Shown here piece after piece: positions 54,668 through 64,000 of a DNA stretch of 64,000 nucleotides. Every line of letters starts with the position of its first letter. The first letter of the stretch is position 1. Where the stretch lies: the NCBI GenBank assembly GCA_964016885.1, contig OZ024741.1, positions 124,930,001 through 124,994,000 of the forward strand. The letters run 5' to 3'. The notes beneath the pieces were generated by a model. It did not search any database and was not told where the DNA came from. It saw only the letters and a list, made by a program, of their open reading frames with translations. Source of the stretch: Eledone cirrhosa. Lineage: Eukaryota. Made by a program: the position numbers and the translations under genes.

Positions 54668-57600
54668 TGCTTTCTGAAAAGGACACTCAGTAATATTGGG
54701 GCCTTGAGCCCAAAATTTAAACTTTATTTTGTCAAACAAACAATTTGAAAAAAACATGGACGCGCTACACTTCCCCAAATCATGCCAGCTGTCTCATGAC
54801 AGCAGCTCTAACATGCACACTACTCCCACCACCACCATTGTGAACCTTGCTACAATTGCCAAAATCGATAAAGTTTTCGCTAACAGAAGCAGCAGCAATA
54901 GCAGTCACCAAGGTTTGCCATGTGCAGACGTAGACCTCCAGCCTTTACCAATGTCCACAGGTGTTAATGCCGCCATCTCCACCACCACAATGTCGAAGAG
55001 TACATACAACACCACTGAAATTCCCTGGCTGATGGCTGCCGTCCTCGCCGACATCGAGGCCGACACAAAGGGGATCGAGGTGATTAGAGTAAAACAGGAG
55101 AACTGGTCCGGATCTGGAATGGAGCTTCTGATCCATGCGGAGCAGAAAAACATCCAAGAGATTCCAAAGGTAAATAGACCTCGATGACGACAGCCCCTTC
55201 ACCGTAATCATTGAAGGTAGAACGCCCAGGTGTGTCTATTGTGGCGAGGGAACCCACGAAATGGCCTTCTGCCCGCAAGGGATGGCTAAATAATTATGGC
55301 TACCTCTCCTTCCGATCCCACTGGCTCAACCAGCAAAGCCAACGGCAGAACCATAGCAGCAATGACAGCAGCAACTGTAGCAGCAACGGTAGCAATACCA
55401 ACACCACCACCGCCCCAGAAGTAGCACCATCGCCTCCACCATCCACCACGCCTGTGGAGGACATTCCACTCCCCGACCTCTCAACGGGAGATGGATTGTG
55501 ACGAGGAGGAGGGGTGGGGAACTGTATCTGGAAAAAAAGACACCAGAAAAGAAAGAACCCTCTTCCTTCACCCTCCAAAAAAAGGGCGAAACAAACAAAC
55601 AAGAAAACAAGAAAGTTAAGACAGCTACGCCACCACCACCACGCACACCAGTATTACCAGTTCCATCTCCTCAAACACCAACACCATCACCAACATAAAC
55701 CCCATCACCATCATCACCAACACCACAAAAACCACCAACAAGCGAAACAGAAACAAACCCACAACAAACGAAAACACAACGAAGCAACCAAACCGACACA
55801 CTACATACCATTAAACTTGAAGAATAAACAATTATTACACTACATCCAACACAACACCAACATCACAGGGAAAAACTATACTACACCCCTAAATTTCACA
55901 CCAGCCACACACATACAAATCACTCGTATCAAACAGAAAACATACACAACCTTAAAATTGAAATCCCCCAAGGACGACGGATGCATGTTACTCGAACCCG
56001 GCACTTCGCTCAGCTGTTCGGGAGCAGTGGTGGGGTGGCTCGCAGGATGGACTTTAGCGCCTACCTCGATGGACTGCCGCGGCTCTGGCCCACTGAGGTG
56101 GAGTGTTGCGAAAGGCAGATAACAGCCGCTGAAATACGAGTAGCAATGACTGACTGCACAATGGGTAAAACGCCTGGTTTGGATGGTCTGCCCTACGAGC
56201 TTTACGTACACATACCAGACTTGTTCGGCGACCTCTTGGCAGACGTCTACTGCAACTGGAAGCAGAACGGGAGAATTCCCAGCTCTGCGAACCGAGGAGT
56301 GGTAGCGCTGCTGAGAAAGGACCCGAACAAGAGGGACAACATAGATAATTTCAGGCCCATAATTCTGCTAAACGCAGAGTTCAAGATTTGGGCCAAGGTG
56401 CTAGCAAAAAGGTTGGCGCTTGTTGTCGGTGGTCTAGTGGGAGAGCTGCAGACATGTGCAATACCAGACGAATCCCTCCACGACAACCTCCACCTCATGT
56501 GATACATCGTGGAGAGGGTAGCTAGGGAACCTGGTACGGGAGGGTTATTGATCAATTTCGATCAGTTGAAAGCTTTCGATAGCGTCGACCATCGTTTTCT
56601 GGCGGCGGTCCTGAGTGGGGCCGGCTTTGGACCCGTCTTCATAGGTTGCATCGCTACCATGCACAGCGACATCTGCTCTGTGGTGAGAGTGAACAGTCAT
56701 ATTTCGAAACCGTTCGAAATCATGCGGTCGGTCCGCCAAGGATGTCCTCTCTCGTCCCTGTTGTACGTATTGACTCAGGAGCCATTACCGCACAAACTGG
56801 AGACGTCGAGGGGGTATCCGCGCAAACTGGGATGCGGGAGAACCAGAGCATATGCCGATGACATCACCGTAGTGGTGTCGAACGCCAAACACATCGAGGC
56901 GATTGGCACTACACTAAGGGAATACGAGCCGGTAACAGGAGCAATGATCAACCAGGAAAAGTCGGTGGACCTGCAGCTCCATGCCGTCCAACAGCGTTGT
57001 CAGTCGCTGGACAACGGACCGGTTAAATTGAAAGGGGTCTGGTTCGGTGCCGACCTCCAGACAGACAAAAACGTGGAAGAGGTGACGAACAGGGTGGCTT
57101 CTGTCACCCAGAAATGGGAAGAGAGGAAGCTATCCCTGAAAAGTCGAGCAGAGGTGGCGAACGCGTACATCGAGTCCGTCATCTAATACCGCCTGACCGT
57201 CGTGCCTTGTCCTAAGCCTCGCCTGACTGGGTTGGAGTCTGTGCTCTTTCGCTTTTTGTGGAAGGGACGGGCTCCGATGATCAGGCGGACGATTTGCTGT
57301 CAACACCCACTACGTGGATAGCTGGTAATGCCGTGGTTGATGATGCACAGACATGCGCTCAGGCTACGACATCTCCACATCTTCCTCGACGGTGATCAGG
57401 TGTGGTCGCCGTTTGCCAACTCGTCTCCTTAACGGAGCTTCAGTCCTGGGTCAAGGGAAGACCGAGAGAGAGCGCTAGGAAATTGGAATGTCTTCAGGCG
57501 CTCACAGCCCTAGACCAATTGGGTGATGCGATCGGTGGAAACTCCAAATTGGCGTACTATAGTGGAAGGAAAGAGCGAGACTGGGCGAGACTCTGGGCGT

Positions 57601-58372
57601 CGACGAAAATCAACTAACCAATCTCTTCGGGAGAACATTCGGGCCGCGGCCCATGTACAACTTCCAGAAATCCCTGGCCTTGCAGTACTACCGAGGAGCT
57701 TTCTCAGTTCGGGATAAACTCTACAGGCAGGGCGACAAAACCGTCCTGCACGCACTCGTCTAGCGACCGAGCATTGCTGACTTGTGGGTTTCTGTCAAAC
57801 ACCTGCTGTCGCGTGCAGGAAGATTGTCAAACACCTGCTGTCGCGTGGAGGAAGATTGCCCCACCGTCTTCCTTTAGCCAGGAAGGGCGGATAGTTTTTA
57901 TCTGCCTGGTGGCCATGACGAAAGAGATTGTGTGGTGGACGCGTTTGAAAGGGCTGAAGACGAGCGTTTACCTCTTCGGTAATGCTCTGATTAACGTTTC
58001 CAAATTTCATTTGAAAAGGAAAATCATGGTGGAGAGGGAAGTGCTCTCTTCCCGGCATTTTGTTGAAAGATGCGTGAGAGAAACAAGCATGGTCGGAGTG
58101 AATAGGCCTCCTCTGAGTATGTGCCTGTAAATTGAAGATGGAAAACTGAGAGAGGGCACTGCCCTGGTGGTTAGGATCACCGTGGCTTTTTAATGGGCTT
58201 TCTCCACGAGTGTCCCTCGAAAGCCTCCCCCCTATTTTCCTTTGTTTCTTTTTTGTCATTTTCTTTGTTTTTTCTTTACACGCAGTAATACCCATTTGTA
58301 CCGTCCTGTACAGGCTTGTGCTGTCCTTAATGTTATAATTTATATCAACCCTCGTGGTTAATAAAGAAAACA
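54668..58372 (+). mobile_element. L1/Tx1-like LINE with ORF1 remnant, RT, AATAAA and (ATT)n tail; endonuclease region missing
   Basis: ORF1 knuckle CVYCGEGTHEMAFC at 55231-55272; KTPGLDGLPYELY, NFRPIILLN, KAFDSVDH, RQGCPLS, YADD. Confidence 0.88.
55981..58130 (+). pseudogene. LINE ORF2 reverse transcriptase, multiple stops and frameshifts
   Basis: ORFs 55981-56502, 56509-57186, 57774-58130. Confidence 0.85.
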
Positions 58373-58429
58373 TTATTATTATTATTATTGTTATTATACA
58401 TAAAAAAATTACATTATGGCAATATTGTG

Positions 58430-58740
58430 AGCGCATATATCTTAGTGCTTAATCTGTTCGGGTCAAGAACGTGAGTTCAATTGCCCGCGACTTGTTGTGT
58501 CTTTGAGCAAGATGCTTTATTTCACATTGTTCCAGTCTACTCAGCTGGACAACATGGAGGTGTGCCAGTTATTCAAAGAGACTTGTCTTTCACTGTCACC
58601 CTGGATCTCCCCTGCGAACTAAGTTAAACGTGAAAGTTTCTGCAGAACGCTCAGTAACTTGAACATTAATTTTCTAACAAGCTGTTCGCTTCTTGGGAAA
58701 TCTAAAACACTCCTCATAAGAACCGACTGAGGTCCAACAC
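58430..58740 (+). mobile_element. Degenerate tRNA-derived SINE (family 2, CORE-like central block)
   Basis: gagttcaatt B box, ttgtgtctttgagcaagatgctttatttcac. Confidence 0.5.
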
Positions 58741-58780
58741 TACAAGATATTATTATACTATAAACTGTAAGCATTACTTG

Positions 58781-59095
58781 AGGGTCGGACGCCATGCGTT
58801 GCAGCATAGAGTTACGGCCCTTTATGATCTGACTTCAAATCCCGCCGATGTTAACTTTGCCTTTCATCCCTACGAGGTCGATAAGTTAAGTACCAATCAG
58901 GCACTGTGGTTGATTTAATCGGCTTTGTGCCTATATAAGAAACCATACTTAATAACGTTTTCTGATTTAATTGCAAGACCAACATTTTGGGGGAGAGGAC
59001 AAAGTCAATTAAATCGACCCCAGTACTTTACTGGTACATTATTTTATCGATCCCGTAAGGGTGAAAAGCAAAGCTATCCTCTACGAGATTTGAAT
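58781..59095. mobile_element. Two SINE family 1 copies tail-to-tail (58781-58945 +, 58957-59095 -)
   Basis: shared core on opposite strands. Confidence 0.75.
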
Positions 59096-59282
59096 GCAAA
59101 TATTACGTAATAATGAATTAGTTCTACATTTGCGTGTATTGAACGCACTTGATTGAATTCTGTAGTCCTTCCCCTATTCCTGCAATCAGCTTCCTTAGAC
59201 CAAATATCATCAATTCTTCATATGTCTTTATAGGTTTATCTGCGTTCCCCCATAGGCGCTGAGCTGGCCAGCCGGAGGTGTG

Positions 59283-59385
59283 AACCCCGCGAGTTGGAGT
59301 GGCTTTTCCAGCGCGTCTCCCTTGCCGTCCTCCGGGGAAACGCATTCTCCATTCTGTCCGCCGGGGCTGTCGGGAAGCCAACACG
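59283..59385 (+). mobile_element. Short C-terminal fragment of a CRE-like REL retrotransposon
   Basis: PRELEWLFQRVSLAVLRGNAFSIL resembles the QR.S.A..RGNA end of CRE-clade proteins. Confidence 0.55.
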
Positions 59386-61319
59386 TGGGACCCCATTTGC
59401 TCAACATACGGAGAGATGGGAGCAGATAAAAGATGAAATCCCCTGCCTGGGCGGCGGATTATATCGTATCTCTTCACAGTATATGACCACAGCACCAATA
59501 TGTTGGAGGGAATGAGGAGGCGTATTCGCCATTTCTTTAAGAACCAGGGGCTCAGTATAGAACTAGACCCAAATAGGAAGGTAGTTAACTACCTAGAACC
59601 ACCCTAAACCTGAACACCGAACAATACTACCCCTACCACAAGCCCAACGAGAAACTCGTGTATGTTAACGCCAAGTCAAACCACCCTAGATCCATAACCA
59701 AGTCCGTGGTAAATAGTGTCTCGGACAGGATCTCCAGCCTGTCCGCAAGTAGGGAAATATTCGATAACAACGCGGAATATTACAACGTAGCGCTAAATAA
59801 GGCGGCACATGGCCAAAATATAACATATAGTCCGAAACGCCGGGATGGGGATGACCCAACGGACACCCACACCCGCGTTGCCCGGGGGAGGGGCGAACAC
59901 TAACAATACAGGCAGAACAGAAACAAATAGGCACCATGAGCCCGACACCACCACACGGGCGTTGGTGACTAGTACGCTTAACCATGAGATGAAACCCAAT
60001 ATGAGTAGCAGTCTCAAGGGTGACGCTAACCACCCCAGGACCGACAACCCCAACCGCAGGACACGTGGGGAGGGGACAACCCAACGATAGATCTCCCAGC
60101 GCGGGCAACGATCACCCCACAGATTCGGGTCGTGAAGATAGCAAAACGCATAGCGCCCAAAGGGGAAGCAACAGTGCAAGAACCACCAGCAACCCAACAA
60201 ATCTCCATCAACTCACGACGCCCCCGACCCACACATATAGGAGGAGACACAGCAAAATCACGTGGTACAACCTACCCTACTCAGCGGCCCTAAATAACAG
60301 CTTGGCCCGATCATTCTTTGGAGCACTTGATAAATGCTTCCCGAGGGACCATAGATACACAGGATCTTCAACAGACACACTGTGAAGCTCTCGTATTCCA
60401 CCACGAGAAATCTGACCCAACACATAGCTAGCATCAACAGGAGTAGGCTTAAAAACCACACACAACCAGAAGATGGCAATACAGGCACTCAGCAGAACCA
60501 TGTGAAAAGAGGGAAGGGGGGACCCAGAGCCCACCCAAGAAACCCAAACAGACCCGGGACCCCCCCCCCCCACCGTGCCTGAGGGAAGACCACCATGTAA
60601 CACTTAACGGGAACCCCAATCTAGGCACGCAACCCTCTGCAACTGCAGAAACCCCGAATCATGCCCACTTGGTAATGAATGCCTTAAGAAGAACCTAGTA
60701 TACGGTTGTAGGGTTAAAATCCCCAACTCCGAACACCTCTACATAGGAGCCACATCAACGAGTTTTAAAGACCGCTGGTACCACCATCGCCATTCCTTCA
60801 ATAAGGAGGCCAAAAGGAAAAGCACGGCTCTCTCCGACCTGATCTGGAAGCTTAAGCTGGCAGGACCCCGTACTCTCTGGCTTGGTATATAATCAGGAAA
60901 GTACCACCCGATAAAGGGGTATCTTGCATATGCAAACTATTCCTGAACGAGACCCTCGAGATACTCAGAGGTGGAAGCGGCCTGATAAACCCCTGAACCG
61001 ACTTCTTCGGGACATGCAGACACCTCAGGGCCGGGACCTTCCTCAAGATATATGGACAGTAGCAACACAAGAAGATGTGAACTCCCCTCAATCTATAGGG
61101 ACTTCTCCAGAACATGTAGACACCTCTCGGCCAGACCTCCCTCAAGCTATATGGGCAATAACAACACCCTAGGTTGAGAAATCCTCTCACGCCATAGGGA
61201 CCAACCCAGGCTGAGCAGACACCATGATAGCCTAGAGATTGATTCTGACACAGCCATTATAATTTGGCCAACATATTTATAACACACACACATTTTAATT
61301 TACTTGATTTTTTATTTTT

Positions 61320-61420
61320 CAATTTTTCAATTTTTCAATTTTTCAATTTTTCAATTTTTCAATTTTTCAATTTTTCAATTTTTCAATTTTTCAATTTTTC
61401 AATTTTTCAATTTTTCAATT
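61320..61420 (+). repeat. (CAATTTTT)n 8-bp tandem repeat inside PLE 3' region
   Basis: direct reading, ~12-13 units. Confidence 0.95.
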
Positions 61421-62404
61421 TTGATTCCTCATTATTAATTTGTTATTTGTTTTCTGTTCTCTTCACTTTATCACCTTATATTTATTTTTAAGTTGAGATT
61501 GGTTATAACACAAACACATTTTATTTGATTATCTTATTCTTTTACTATCTCGTCCTCATACCAATCTATCCAACATATTTCTGACCTTGAGATTGGTTAT
61601 AGCACACACACACTTTATCTTACTTTATTTGAATCTTCATTTAATTGTTCACTCTCCATATTCATTTTCATTACTTTTTCATTACTTTTACATTAATTTT
61701 TCATTTATTCTTTATTCTCTATTTATCATTTATTTTCTGTTTTCTTCATTGTATTGCCTTATATTTCTTCATATACATGGAAGAACCCCCACCACCACCA
61801 CGGGAGTTGGTGGCAGGAGGGATGAAGGAAGACACACAGATACTTCTAAATTGTCAGCAGCAGCAAGACATAAGCTGACCACAACACCAACAATACTACC
61901 AAAATAAGGGTAGAGGTCAAATGTACTTAACAATAGCAAACACAAACACTACAGGGAGCATCACCCCAGAAAGAATTTCTATAGACTTTGGACTGAGGAA
62001 TGCTCTCAAAACTGACCAATGGGAAGTTTGACATTTTTTTATTTTGTTCCTTTACCATCTTATTCCTTCTACCACTTTATCGATTTTTTTTTAGCTAACT
62101 CCAACAATAACAACACTACCAACACAAGAATAGAGGTCAGATGTACCTAACAATAACAAGAACAACAACTACAGATTGGCTTGCCTCAGAACGAATTTCT
62201 ATAGACTTTTGAATGAGGAATGTTCTAACAACTGACCAATGAGAGGAGTAGAGGCCCTTTGACACTGAAATTCGTTTGTTTAAATTCATATGATTCCAGT
62301 TCCTCAGTGAAATAACAACCCAACCAGGAACTGGGAATATCAGAGTATTGACAAAGTTATACACCTCAACAATATGTATACCCGTCTCTACCACACTAAT
62401 TCGG

Positions 62405-62459
62405 ACTGCCTGAAGAGGTCACAGCCAAAGATGGCTGTCACCGAAATATATATAGCAAT
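62405..62459 (+). ncRNA. Type I hammerhead, canonical core, PLE 3' end
   Basis: actgc-CTGAAGA-ggtcacagcc(aaagat)ggctgtcacc-GAAA-tatata-TA-gcaat; short duplication atatagca follows. Confidence 0.85.
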
Positions 62460-62513
62460 ATAGCAGTAATAAACGAAGCTAAATTTTAAACATTTGACTT
62501 ATTTATTTTATTT

Positions 62514-62554
<41 letters not shown>

Positions 62555-62559
<5 letters not shown>

Positions 62560-62752
62560 AATATAAATATATGCTGAAAAGTTACCGGCTTTGGGTAACA
62601 GAAAATACAGGAGGATCAGTTAATTATGATTTTATTCAACAATTCCACTCTCAGATTCACACATTTATTGCAGTAGTCCTACTTTTGCTTGTAAAGATAA
62701 CAGTTCTACCATTTCGCGATACCCTTAAGCCAGTAACTTTTCAGCAAGCCGG
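62555..62752 (-). mobile_element. Terminal-repeat fragment with 20-bp inverted ends (62572-62591/62727-62746) and an HHR-like 3' half
   Basis: tgctgaaaagttac.ggctt mirrored; minus strand GAAA-tggt(aga)actg-TT ... AATAAA. Confidence 0.45.
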
Positions 62753-62924
62753 TATATATATATATACATACGGAAAGGGTAAGAGACACATATAGATAGA
62801 AAAGAGGATGTGAGAAAGAGGAGGGAAGAGAGAGAGTGTGACTCAAATGTCAGACCGGTAGACAAACGAAATAAGAAGAAGAAAAGTTTTAGCTAGTTAG
62901 TTAGAGAGGGGGGTCGATAGAGTC

Positions 62925-62996
62925 AGAGCTGATGTAGTATGCCACTTTCTTTTTATAGATAGCATGAGGGAGGATGAAACAGTACAACTGTGCTAT
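62925..62996 (+). ncRNA. Decayed hammerhead-like motif (CUGAUGU core, G at cleavage position)
   Basis: agag-ctgatgt-ag-tatgc...gcatg...GAAA-cagt(aca)actg-TG-ctat. Confidence 0.3.
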
Positions 62997-63168
62997 AAAT
63001 AGCAGTACATTGTCCTCCAACTTCCCCGGAAAATAAGTCGACAATGAGCTTGACGGAGGTCATATTAGTTAAAAACACGAAAAACCTTAATTATTATCAA
63101 TTTTATTTAGTATTATTTGTAGTCAAATTTCCTTTTTATATATATATATATTCTTCTTTCTTCTCATG

Positions 63169-63215
<47 letters not shown>

Positions 63216-64000
63216 GTAATGAAGATATAACACTTCGTCCTTTTTATTATTAGTAGTATTACACTCTGCTTGTTACAACGCAATATACCTACTGGAAACT
63301 ACGCATCGAGTGCTCACCGGTGAACCTACTGGGCATTACAATCCCTAAATATACACATATATATATATATATCTTTCCCTCTCTTTTCCTTCTATCTTTT
63401 TTTATTGTCTAACTTATTTTCCCCTAATCAGTGAAGTGCATTTACGTAATGCATCGTTAATGGTGTAGTTTTGCATTATCATCATTTCAGGTAGTAAACT
63501 CCATCCATCGCTGCTATTTCTGGAAATGTTTTACAAATTGAATCATCTCAACAGAGGTTTTCTCCACAGCGGTTTTGCTACTCCTCATATCAGCATGTAT
63601 TACTAGATTCATAGATGGGCTAATTATATTCTATTGTAGACATCATTAAACTGTTTTGATACCATTCCGACTGAAACCGCCTCTGGTCCTGCGATGAATC
63701 TATTTTAGAGTGTTTATATCTAGATAAAAACCTTCCATCATAATTTTGTGAATAATTTTTTGTTGTGTTCCAACTTAATGAAACAGTTATTTTACTTTAA
63801 CAAATTAATTTTTTTTAATTATTTTCAAAAGCAACTGAAACGCATTCAATGTATTTCAAGGGTGATCTTTGTCATGGCCTAGAATGTAAAGGTAACGAAA
63901 ACAGAAAAACAAACAATCAACCTTCCTCTACACAGAAATACGAAATTAACCTCGATATGATGTTGCTACGAAAATATGTGAGTACGCAACAAACGTTTCC

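Larger units (their letters stand above)
59405..62520 (+). mobile_element. 5'-truncated PLE, same family as 41140-44166, ending in (TA)n
   Basis: PCLGGGLY, YVNAKSNHP, KITWYNLPYS, CNCRNPESCPLGNECL, YIGAT; 3' region 62137-62520 matches 41170-41528 inverted. Confidence 0.9.

Noticed and set aside
41140-62520. The two same-family PLEs as arms of one giant fold-back or composite element
   Set aside because: Copies are clearly diverged, differ in their 3' regions and enclose 15 kb of unrelated sequence; independent insertions are more likely

Overview
AT-rich, microsatellite-saturated eukaryotic DNA with no convincing host gene. The (TA)n/(CA)n/(TACA)n density and the SINE family suggest a mollusc, probably an octopus (inference). 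Nearly all ORF-track entries are translated microsatellites or transposon debris. Recognisable content: four Penelope-like retroelement (PLE) remnants (YRDD-type RT and/or C-terminal GIY-YIG, Naiad-like), four REL-endonuclease non-LTR (R4/Dong-like) remnants sitting in (TACA)n or (TAA)n, an L1/Tx1-like LINE plus a fragment, an almost intact DD36E Tc1-like transposon and many tRNA-derived SINEs. The ORF track hides the main signal: roughly 17 type I hammerhead ribozyme (HHR)-like motifs from about a dozen sequence families. Many lie in fold-back (head-to-head) duplications of 0.1-1.7 kb whose two 3' ends both run out into (TA)n. Three unrelated families share a non-canonical CAGAAGA (U4A) core, and others share YUGAGAA (G8A) or CUGANGU (A9U). 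One PLE has an in-frame TGA exactly at a conserved Cys (CDL*), a selenocysteine candidate. All folds, alignments and coordinates were read by eye and need computational and biochemical confirmation.
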